From a virus: a DNA stretch of 64,000 nt. The stretch is from positions 1 to 64,000 of the IMG/VR virus record IMGVR_UViG_3300037137_001673. One strand, given 5' to 3'. The notes beneath the pieces were generated by a model. The model searched no databases. It worked only from the letters and a program-made list of their open reading frames with translations, and was not told the origin of the DNA. The position numbers and the translations under genes are program-made. Positions 29,931 to 38,919 of the stretch are shown in pieces (positions within the stretch are counted from its first letter, which is position 1; each line of letters starts with the position of its first letter).

Positions 29931-32900
29931 TGGTTTAGGAAAATTTCCATTTAAAAGTTCTTGGTTTACTACTACCGAAATAATTAATGATGATGATTTT
30001 TGCGATATAGATCATCCATTAAAAAATATATTACAGACCTTCCTATTTGGTGCAGAGGCTGTATATAAAACTTATAATGCTACTGGAAGTTCTGTTACTT
30101 CTGGACTTGCTACTACTTCTGTAGATACTAAAAACTTTATATATAATGCTACTGGAAGTTCATCAACCTCTGGTTCTGCAGATAAATATCGCTGGTCTAA
30201 TTATACAGGATCAGGAACTGCAACTACTTCTGGACTTGCTACTACTTCTAAAACTACAAATACAAAAGAAACTATCTCTACTTTAAAAGCTAAAGGCGTT
30301 CTTTTTGGAACATTAGCTTCTACTCAAAAAAGTGTTACTCTTAACCAAGTTACAATACTTACAGGTAAAGGAAAACTTTACGAACCTACCGTAAAAGTTA
30401 ATTACAGCTACAACGCAACTGGAAGAGTTAATACTTCTGGATTTGCTAATAAAGTTGGTACTTGGCAAGTTGCCTATTTACCAAGAAATTTCTTCCCTAT
30501 TTATATTCCTAGAAATTATTTTACAGATATTTATGAAAGACTTTGTTTTGGATTTGGTTCTATAATTACTTCTGGAATTGCTACTACTTCTAAAACTGAT
30601 GCTGCTGCTTCTAATTTCACTTATAACGCCACTGGAAGTTCATCAACCTCTGGTTCTGCAGATAAATATCGCTGGTCTAATTATACAGGATCAGGAACTG
30701 CAACTACTTCTGGTTCAGCAGATAAATATCGCTGGTCTAATTATACTGGAAGTGGAACTGTAACTACTTCTGGGCTTGCTACTACTCAAAGAGATTTTAC
30801 TTATAATCCAACTGGAACTGCAACTACTTCTGGACTTGCTACTACTTCTATAGGAACAAAGAATTTTATTTATAACGCTACTGGAAGTTCATCAACTTCT
30901 GGTTCTGCAGATAAATATCGCTGGTCTAATTATACTGGAAGTGGAACTGTAACTACTTCTGGATTTACTACTACTCAAAGAGATTTTACTTATAACGCTA
31001 CTGGAACTGCAACTACTTCTGGTTCTGCAGATAAATATCGCTGGTCTAATTATACAGGATCAGGAACTGCAACTACTTCTGGTTCAGCAGATAAATATCG
31101 CTGGTCTAATTATACTGGAAGTGGAACTGTAACTACTTCTGGACTTGCTACTACTTCTGCAGATACAAAGAATTTCATTTATAACGCTACTGGAACTGCA
31201 ACTACTTCTGGACTTGCTACTACTGAAGGTGCCACTACTCTTTCATATTTTGGCTATCAGGATGGAACAGATCAATTATCCATAGGAGCAGCACTTGCTA
31301 GAAAAGGAGCAGGATATGTTTGTCCTGGAACTGGATCGCAAGCAGTAAAAGAACTTTCTGTGCAAATTATTTCTGGAACTACTAATATTAGATTAGGTAT
31401 TTATAATGTAGCTGGAAATCTTATTTTACAGACTTCTAAAAAATCAACTACTGGACCTGGTTGGCTATCTTGGAATGAAAATGAATTAACTTGGTTTATT
31501 CAATCAACTATAATTGGTGGAACTACTTATAAACTTGCAATTGCTAATGATGAAACTTTTGTTATTGCTGGAAACTCAAGTGCGGGAACACTAAATTATA
31601 ATTTAGGAGATTATACAGCAGCTCTACCAGATCCAGAACCAGCTAGTAGTACTACTGGAGGTGAATATAATATAAAGTGTGGAGTTACTTCTACTGATTA
31701 TACAATGGCTTGTGCTGGTTCTGGAACTGCAACTACTTCTGGGCTTGCTACTACTTCTGTAGATACAAAGAATTTCATTTATAACGCCACTGGAAGTTCT
31801 GTTACTTCTGGACTTGCTACTACTTCTGTAGATACTAAAAACTTTATATATAATGCTACTGGAAGTTCATCAACCTCTGGTTCTGCAGATAAATATCGCT
31901 GGTCTAATTATACAGGATCAGGAACTGCAACTACTTCTGGACTTGGTTCTGTTTCATTAGATACTAAGAATTTTACTTATAATGCAACTGGAAGTTCAAC
32001 TACTTCTGGTTCTGCAGATAAATATCGCTGGTCTAATTATACAGGATCAGGAACTGCAACTACTTCTGGACTTGCTACTACTGAAGGTGCGATTTATACC
32101 AAAACTTACGATCCAATTGGAAGTTCAACTACCTCTGGACTTGCTACTACTTCTGTAGATACAAAGAATTTCATTTATAATGCTGTTGGAAGTTCATCAA
32201 CTTCTGGTTCTGCAGATAAATATCGCTGGTCTAATTATACTGGAAGTGGAACTGTAACTACTTCTGGATTTACTACTACTCAAAGAGATTTTACTTATAA
32301 CGCTACTGGAAGTTCATCAACTTCTGGACTTGCTACTACTTCTGTAGATACTAAAAACTTTATTTATAACGCTACTGGAACTGCAACTACTTCTGGTTCT
32401 GCAGATAAATATCGCTGGTCTAATTATACTGGAAGTGGAACTGCAACTACTTCTGGGCTTGGTTCTGTTTCATTAGATACTAAGAATTTTACTTATAATG
32501 CAACTGGAAGTTCAACTACTTCTAAATTTGCTCCTACTTCATTAGATACTAAAAACTTTATTTATAATGCTACTGGAAGTTCTGTTACTTCTGGGCTTGC
32601 CACTACTTCTATAGGAACAAAGAATTTTATATATAATGCTACTGGAAGTTCATCAACTTCTGGTACTGCAGATAAATACCATTGGTCTAATTATACAGGT
32701 TCTGGAACTGTAACTACTTCTGGTAGTGCTGATTATATAGGTCCAGCTAGAATTTATAATACTACTGGAGGAATATTAACTTCTGGAACTGCTAATTATG
32801 TAGTACCAAAATTTATATTTATAGCAACAGCACAGGGAGTTGTCGATGAATATACTACTACAGTAGATTGTTCTACTACTTTAAATATTCAGGAAGGTGA

Positions 32901-35900
32901 TTTACTTGTAGCGACAAGTAGGTGGTATCCATCTACCTTATGGTCATCAGTTGCAGAAATTGGAGGTGCTAATAATTTCACATTGCTAATATTGCTTAAT
33001 AATGGAGCTAGCAATCATTACGAACAGATTGGTTATAAAATTGCTGCTACTGCCAATGTTGCCGCTACAATTAGAGCAACTTGGAACGCGAATACTTTTT
33101 GGAAAAATTTAATTGTTTTTCAGTTTAGACCTGCCCCTGGTTATTCAGTTTCTCTAGATCAAAATGTTAGCACTGCAAATGATGGATTGACTTGGCAAAC
33201 ACCAAATATTACAACTACCGACTTAGATGAAGTAGTATGTGCGATGGTTGCTCATTACCCATATGAGAATTATCCACCTGTTCAAATTGCTGGTACTAAT
33301 GCCGATCTTTATGTAAATGGTCCTTCTGGTGCTTTTGGTTTAAGCCAATTAAGTTATAGCATCTTTACTAGTATACAAACTGACATTTATGCTACTGGAA
33401 CTTTCTCTTATCAGACAGATTTGTGGGGTTGCCAGATAATATCATTTAAGGCACTAGCAGAACATATCTACAATCCTACTGGAATTGTAAATACTTCTGG
33501 ACTTGCTACTACTGTAGGAAATACAAACCCTGTATATATTGCTAATGGAATTGTAAATACTTCTGGACTTGCTACTACTGAAGAATTTAATGCTTATGTT
33601 TATAACGCAACTGGAAGTGTAAATACTACTGGTTTTGCCTCGTTTAGTAGAGATACTATTTACAATGCAATTGGAACAGTAAATACTTCTGGATTTGCTA
33701 TAACTATAGGTTCTATAGCTGGTATATGGAATGCTACAGGAACTGTAAATACTTCTGGATTTGCTACAACTGAAGAACTTGATGCTTATATTTGCAATCC
33801 AGTAGGAAGTGTAAATACTTCTGGAACTGCACAAATTACTCATAGTAATTACATTTATAATCCTACTGGAAGCATAATAACTTCTGGATTTGCCTTAGTT
33901 TCATCTGTTAGTGTTCCTTTTAGAATGCCTGATTTGATAGGTAAAGGAATTCTTTTTGGAGCACCAGCAACTAAAAATAGTGTTACTCTTAATCAAAATA
34001 CTGCTTTTAAAAGTATAGGAAAAATTTATACTCCTACAGTAGTTATTTATCCTACTCGTATTTATATAGCAAGAGGTGGAGTTGCTACTTCTGGTATTGC
34101 TCGCGTTAATTTTAGAAATTACACTTACAACGCAACTGGAAGTGTAAATACTTCTGGTGTTGCTAGAACTATTTTTAAAAATTTTATTTACAATGGAACT
34201 GGAAGAGTAAATACTTCTGGTTTTGCTCTAACTATTGGTGCCTATAAACCAATTGGTTACTGGCCTATTTACTACTGGGCAATTTACTGGCCTATACATT
34301 ACTGGCCTGATTCAATGCCTACTGCTAATTATGTTTATGGCGCATTAGGAATTGTAAATACTTCTGGTGTTGCTGAAACAATTGGTCCTGTTGTTAAAAC
34401 TTACAGTGCAACTGGAAGAATAAATACTTCTGGTTTTGCTACCACACAACAAGGTTATATCTATAATCCTACTGGAAGAGTAAATACTTCTGGTTTTGCA
34501 GCAGGAATTATTTTTAATAACTATCAAAATGTCTTTAATGGAACTGGAAGGATAAGTACTTCTGGATTTGCTTTAACTATAGCAGTTAATGCTCCTTTTA
34601 AATTAACTACTTTAATAGGTAAGGGAATTCTTTTTGGAACTTTAGCTGGCACTGATATTTATCTAAAATCAAATGCAGCATTAAAGAGTTTTGGAAAACT
34701 TTACTCACCTATAGTTACTATTACCGCTACAGGTTATACTTATAATCCTACTGGAAGAGTTTTTACTTCTGGATTTGCTACAACTATAACTTCTGGTTAT
34801 TCCAAGACTTACAATCCAACAGGAAGGGTATTAACTTCTAAATTTGCTCCTACTTCTGTAGATACTAAAAACTTTATTTATAATGCTACTGGAAGTTCAT
34901 CAACTTCTGGACTAGCAACTACTTTTGTATCTAAAGATTTTATTTATAATGCTACTGGAAGAGTTAATACTTCTGGACTAGCAACTACTTTTGTATCTAA
35001 AGATTTTATTTATAATGCTATTGGAATTGTAAATACTTCTGGATTTGCCACAATTTTGTTAAGCACTAGATACTTTATTTATAGTGCAGAAGTAGCAATT
35101 GTTATTACTTCTGGCTTTGCTACAACTTTATTAGTTACAAAAAATTTTGTTTATAATACTTCTGGAACTATTTTAACTTCTGGGTTTGCTTCTACAATTG
35201 GAAATATAACTGCCACTTATAATCCTACTGGAAGAATAAATACTTCTGGAATTGCTACAACTGTACTAGGCACTTCTAATCAAATTTATAATCCTACTGG
35301 AAGAATAAATACTTCTGGATTTGCTACTATACAACAAGGTTATATTTATAATGTAACTGGAAGAATAAATACTTCTGGATTTGCTACTACTTTATTAAAT
35401 ACTTTGACTCCAGTTTATAACACTACTGGAAGTGTATTAACTTCTGGATTTGCTATAACTTCGTTAAGTACAAGAAATTTCACGTATAATACTACTGGAA
35501 GAATAAATACTTCTGGAATTGCTACAACTGTACTAGGCACTTCTAATCAAATTTATAATCCTACTGGAAAAATAAATACTTCTGGACTTGCTACTACTTT
35601 AATAAGTTATAAGAACTTTATTTATAACGCAACTGGAATTATAAATACTTCTGGACTTGCTACAACTAATAAAAATATTTATTCTCAATCTTATAATGCA
35701 ACTGGAAGGGTAAATACTTCTGGTTTTGCCCTCGCTTTTGAATTTAATAATTATACTTACGAACCAAAAGGAAGTTCCACTACTTCTGGATTTGCTAGAA
35801 CTTTAATAAATGCAAAGAACTTTATTTACAACGCAACTGGAAATATAAATACTTCTGGAACTCTTACTTTAGTAATTTCTTTCTTTGTAGTATTTTATGT

Positions 35901-36669
35901 AGCAATCGGAACAGTAAATACTTCTGGACTTGCTACTACTTTAATAAGTTATAAGAACTTTATTTACAATGCAATCGGAACAGTAAATACTTCTGGACTT
36001 GCTACAACTTTATTAAATACAAAGAATTTTGTATATAATGGTACCGGAAGAATTCTTACTGCTGGATCTGCTAGTATAACTACATCTGTATTTATTCAAG
36101 CCTATATATCAATAGTAACTATAAGAACTTCTGGTCTTGCTACTACTTTAATAAGCTATAAGAATTTTATTTATAACGCAACTGGAATTATAAATACTTC
36201 TGGATTTGCTAGAACTACAGAATTTGCTTTATATACTTTTAATACTACTGGAATTATAAATACTTCTGGAACAGCACAGTATCAACGAGGATTTATTTAT
36301 AAAGGAATTGGAATAATTAGAGCTAGTGGTAAAGCAAGTTCAGTTGGTTACATAACTGCTATTTATATAGGAAGAGGAACAATTAGAACCAGTGGATTTG
36401 CTCCTACTGGAAAGAACGAACATTCTTATATAGGAAATGGAATAATTCATACTTCTGGATTTGCTAAAACATCTCGTAAGAGAAAACGCTTTATTTCTTT
36501 CACGGAAGTAGTTGGTGACACAAGTATAAATTACTTTAATCTATTTACAGGGAAAGTTAAAGTAGGTTCTACAGAAATTAGAAAATTATTAAAGGGAAAA
36601 AATTCTGGTAGAGAGGCTGACTTTTCTTATTTTGATGAATGGACCAAAGGCGATGGACGAAAAGAATGA
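29920..36669 (+). CDS. Giant (2249 aa) Thr/Ser/Gly repeat fibre or scaffold protein
   Basis: About 70 units of Y-N-x-T-G-x-x-x-T-S-G-x-A, two inserted globular domains, aromatic-Pro motifs; AGGAG SD. Confidence 0.8.
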   Translation: MASNGLGKFPFKSSWFTTTEIINDDDFCDIDHPLKNILQTFLFGAEAVYKTYNATGSSVTSGLATTSVDTKNFIYNATGSSSTSGSADKYRWSNYTGSGTATTSGLATTSKTTNTKETISTLKAKGVLFGTLASTQKSVTLNQVTILTGKGKLYEPTVKVNYSYNATGRVNTSGFANKVGTWQVAYLPRNFFPIYIPRNYFTDIYERLCFGFGSIITSGIATTSKTDAAASNFTYNATGSSSTSGSADKYRWSNYTGSGTATTSGSADKYRWSNYTGSGTVTTSGLATTQRDFTYNPTGTATTSGLATTSIGTKNFIYNATGSSSTSGSADKYRWSNYTGSGTVTTSGFTTTQRDFTYNATGTATTSGSADKYRWSNYTGSGTATTSGSADKYRWSNYTGSGTVTTSGLATTSADTKNFIYNATGTATTSGLATTEGATTLSYFGYQDGTDQLSIGAALARKGAGYVCPGTGSQAVKELSVQIISGTTNIRLGIYNVAGNLILQTSKKSTTGPGWLSWNENELTWFIQSTIIGGTTYKLAIANDETFVIAGNSSAGTLNYNLGDYTAALPDPEPASSTTGGEYNIKCGVTSTDYTMACAGSGTATTSGLATTSVDTKNFIYNATGSSVTSGLATTSVDTKNFIYNATGSSSTSGSADKYRWSNYTGSGTATTSGLGSVSLDTKNFTYNATGSSTTSGSADKYRWSNYTGSGTATTSGLATTEGAIYTKTYDPIGSSTTSGLATTSVDTKNFIYNAVGSSSTSGSADKYRWSNYTGSGTVTTSGFTTTQRDFTYNATGSSSTSGLATTSVDTKNFIYNATGTATTSGSADKYRWSNYTGSGTATTSGLGSVSLDTKNFTYNATGSSTTSKFAPTSLDTKNFIYNATGSSVTSGLATTSIGTKNFIYNATGSSSTSGTADKYHWSNYTGSGTVTTSGSADYIGPARIYNTTGGILTSGTANYVVPKFIFIATAQGVVDEYTTTVDCSTTLNIQEGDLLVATSRWYPSTLWSSVAEIGGANNFTLLILLNNGASNHYEQIGYKIAATANVAATIRATWNANTFWKNLIVFQFRPAPGYSVSLDQNVSTANDGLTWQTPNITTTDLDEVVCAMVAHYPYENYPPVQIAGTNADLYVNGPSGAFGLSQLSYSIFTSIQTDIYATGTFSYQTDLWGCQIISFKALAEHIYNPTGIVNTSGLATTVGNTNPVYIANGIVNTSGLATTEEFNAYVYNATGSVNTTGFASFSRDTIYNAIGTVNTSGFAITIGSIAGIWNATGTVNTSGFATTEELDAYICNPVGSVNTSGTAQITHSNYIYNPTGSIITSGFALVSSVSVPFRMPDLIGKGILFGAPATKNSVTLNQNTAFKSIGKIYTPTVVIYPTRIYIARGGVATSGIARVNFRNYTYNATGSVNTSGVARTIFKNFIYNGTGRVNTSGFALTIGAYKPIGYWPIYYWAIYWPIHYWPDSMPTANYVYGALGIVNTSGVAETIGPVVKTYSATGRINTSGFATTQQGYIYNPTGRVNTSGFAAGIIFNNYQNVFNGTGRISTSGFALTIAVNAPFKLTTLIGKGILFGTLAGTDIYLKSNAALKSFGKLYSPIVTITATGYTYNPTGRVFTSGFATTITSGYSKTYNPTGRVLTSKFAPTSVDTKNFIYNATGSSSTSGLATTFVSKDFIYNATGRVNTSGLATTFVSKDFIYNAIGIVNTSGFATILLSTRYFIYSAEVAIVITSGFATTLLVTKNFVYNTSGTILTSGFASTIGNITATYNPTGRINTSGIATTVLGTSNQIYNPTGRINTSGFATIQQGYIYNVTGRINTSGFATTLLNTLTPVYNTTGSVLTSGFAITSLSTRNFTYNTTGRINTSGIATTVLGTSNQIYNPTGKINTSGLATTLISYKNFIYNATGIINTSGLATTNKNIYSQSYNATGRVNTSGFALAFEFNNYTYEPKGSSTTSGFARTLINAKNFIYNATGNINTSGTLTLVISFFVVFYVAIGTVNTSGLATTLISYKNFIYNAIGTVNTSGLATTLLNTKNFVYNGTGRILTAGSASITTSVFIQAYISIVTIRTSGLATTLISYKNFIYNATGIINTSGFARTTEFALYTFNTTGIINTSGTAQYQRGFIYKGIGIIRASGKASSVGYITAIYIGRGTIRTSGFAPTGKNEHSYIGNGIIHTSGFAKTSRKRKRFISFTEVVGDTSINYFNLFTGKVKVGSTEIRKLLKGKNSGREADFSYFDEWTKGDGRKE
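30070..36470 (+). repeat. Coding repeat array with core ACTTCTGG
   Basis: Many exact 40-100 nt duplications, e.g. gataaatatcgctggtctaattatac about ten times. Confidence 0.9.
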
Positions 36670-36687
36670 TAAAAGGAATTAAGTAAT

Positions 36688-37485
36688 ATGTTGGACTGGA
36701 TAAACTTTATCAATCAGGCATATATTAATTTTTCAGCACCTCAACTAAAAATCTTTAAGCTGGATAAAGTAAGAACACAAAAAGACCCAGTTTATGTAGA
36801 AGAACAATTTTCTAGGATTTTTCTACCACCTTTTAACATTAGAGGATTTCATTTAGACAACACTTGGAAACAATTACTTGGTGGATTGATGCCTTACCGA
36901 GAAGAAGAAGACAACATACAATTTGTAATAAATTTTCAAAATATGGTACAGACAATTCGTAAATTAAAATATATGCATGTTGCTGAAATTCATATTACTT
37001 ATACTGGTAAAGGAATTCCTTTCGCTTCTAATTTAAATGGACTTTTCTTAATTAAAGTTGATGGAATTATTGTTGGAAGTTTCTCACTTGATTATATAGC
37101 ATATAATACTATCACTAAATTAGGAACAGCAATTGGTGATTTAACCAACTTCACAGTAACTTTAACAGGACAAAATGATGCTAGTTTAAATCTTGTTGAT
37201 TTTGCGGAAATAAATTTTAAAAATAGAGAACTTCTGGTTTATTCTATTGATGGTGCTTATTTAAACATAAATGATGTAATTGAAGCTGGAGATTTAGTAC
37301 TTACAAATAAATGGCGATTGTATGAAGTTCTTAACTGTAACCCTTCAGGGGATATGCTTTGGGATTATGTAACATACACCCTATCCTGTAATTTAGCAAA
37401 ATTAGATCAAGCAGTTTTACCTGGAGATTATAATGCACAAATTAAAATTCATCAGTTGAATTTACCTAGGACTTTGAGGGAATAG
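36688..37485 (+). CDS. gp14: Neck protein (gp14-like)
   Basis: DPVYVEE...F, EAGDLV...LYEV, YTLSC; precedes gp15 and sheath. Confidence 0.6.
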   Translation: MLDWINFINQAYINFSAPQLKIFKLDKVRTQKDPVYVEEQFSRIFLPPFNIRGFHLDNTWKQLLGGLMPYREEEDNIQFVINFQNMVQTIRKLKYMHVAEIHITYTGKGIPFASNLNGLFLIKVDGIIVGSFSLDYIAYNTITKLGTAIGDLTNFTVTLTGQNDASLNLVDFAEINFKNRELLVYSIDGAYLNINDVIEAGDLVLTNKWRLYEVLNCNPSGDMLWDYVTYTLSCNLAKLDQAVLPGDYNAQIKIHQLNLPRTLRE

Positions 37486-37486
37486 T

Positions 37487-38107
37487 ATGGCAGAACGACT
37501 AGAACACTTTATGATGCGTAACTATAGTAAAGCAATAAAAGAATGGTTGGAGAAAACTGTTTCTCTATCCCGTTACCCAAATAACCAGAATGTTCAAGTT
37601 ACTTACATGACACCAGAAAGAGCATTTGCTAAATACCTTTATCCAGTAGTGAATGGACAAAATGTTGCACCAATAATTACTTTTATGCTAATTGATTTCA
37701 CTTATGGAGAAAATGAAAATTCTCTAGGATTTACAAATGATGTTATTCGTTATACAAATTCTAAAGTAGTAAGATATGTTAAACCTTTGCTAGTTTATAA
37801 ACTCAATTATCAACTTTCCATAAATACAATTATGCAATCCGATTGTGATGTTATGATGTATCAAATAATGAGTAATGCTTCTAAAAATAGAAAAGCAGCA
37901 GTAGCAGTAGACGGGCAGTGGGCAGAAATAATGGCTGGAAATCCTCGAAATGAAATAGCACTTGAACCCGGAGATGCTCAAGATAAAATTTGTAGATATG
38001 GGATGGATTTAACAATTCCAAGGGCTTACTTACCAAGAGATTTCTTTGAGCGTTCACCTATACTTTCTAGCGACTTTGATGTTGAAACAGTTACAGATAT
38101 CACATAG
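37487..38107 (+). CDS. gp15: Tail sheath stabiliser/terminator (gp15-like)
   Basis: VTYMTPER, APIITF, YKLNYQLSI; position before sheath. Confidence 0.6.
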   Translation: MAERLEHFMMRNYSKAIKEWLEKTVSLSRYPNNQNVQVTYMTPERAFAKYLYPVVNGQNVAPIITFMLIDFTYGENENSLGFTNDVIRYTNSKVVRYVKPLLVYKLNYQLSINTIMQSDCDVMMYQIMSNASKNRKAAVAVDGQWAEIMAGNPRNEIALEPGDAQDKICRYGMDLTIPRAYLPRDFFERSPILSSDFDVETVTDIT

Positions 38108-38129
38108 ATGATAAAGAAGGTATTTATAT

Positions 38130-38615
38130 TTGGGAACAATTTATATACTAGAAAATAAAGTTAATGGTAAGTATTACGTAGGGCAAACTACTCAAGTATT
38201 TTATAAAAGAATGCGAGAACATTGTAAAAATAAAAAATTTTATATTGGGAATGCTTTAAGGAAATATGGAGAAGAGAATTTTTCCAAATTACTTCTTGAG
38301 AATGTTCCAGATGAAGAACTTAATTACTGGGAAATTCATTATATACAAGAATGTAATTCTGTTTCTCCATTTGGGTATAATTTAACCTATGGTGGAGAAA
38401 GTGGAAGAAAATCAGAAGAAACTAGAAAGAAAATGAGTGAAGAACATAAAGGTGAAAAAAATCATATGTTTGGAAAACATCCTACAGAAGAATATAAAAA
38501 GAAATTGAGTGAAGCACATAAAGGACAAATTCCTTGGAATAAAGGAAAGCGTTATACAGAAGAAGATAAATTAAAAATGAGTCGTTACAAAAAAACCGTT
38601 GTTTCTATTACATAG
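38130..38615 (+). CDS. GIY-YIG homing endonuclease (TTG start)
   Basis: MGTIYILENKVNGKYYVGQT, GYNLTYGG, NUMOD3. Confidence 0.88.
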   Translation: MGTIYILENKVNGKYYVGQTTQVFYKRMREHCKNKKFYIGNALRKYGEENFSKLLLENVPDEELNYWEIHYIQECNSVSPFGYNLTYGGESGRKSEETRKKMSEEHKGEKNHMFGKHPTEEYKKKLSEAHKGQIPWNKGKRYTEEDKLKMSRYKKTVVSIT

Positions 38616-38617
38616 AT

Positions 38618-38803
38618 ATGAGTATGCAGTATAAAATTAGTAATTTAACATATCAAAGTATAAGAGTTTTCATTGAAAACAAGGAGTATATAATTCCTGG
38701 AAGGAATGATGTGATAGAAAATTTTATTACAGTGGAAGCAATTAATGAAGATGTTAAAAATCTAGCCACAAAAGGTCTATTAAAGTATAAACAACTAAAA
38801 TAG
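38618..38803 (+). CDS. Small hypothetical protein
   Basis: Co-oriented, before sheath. Confidence 0.5.
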   Translation: MSMQYKISNLTYQSIRVFIENKEYIIPGRNDVIENFITVEAINEDVKNLATKGLLKYKQLK

Positions 38804-38919
38804 TTCCTACCTATAATTCTACGAAGACAAGGCGGTTTTTGTGTCACCATGTTTTTGTCAATAAATGCCTTTTTCTCCAATGTAAAGATAAAGAAGTATT
38901 TTAAATAGGAGGAAATGAT

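Noticed and set aside
30070-36470. Repeat array as CRISPR
   Set aside because: In-frame coding repeats with degenerate units and repeated intervening sequence; no cas genes or leader.
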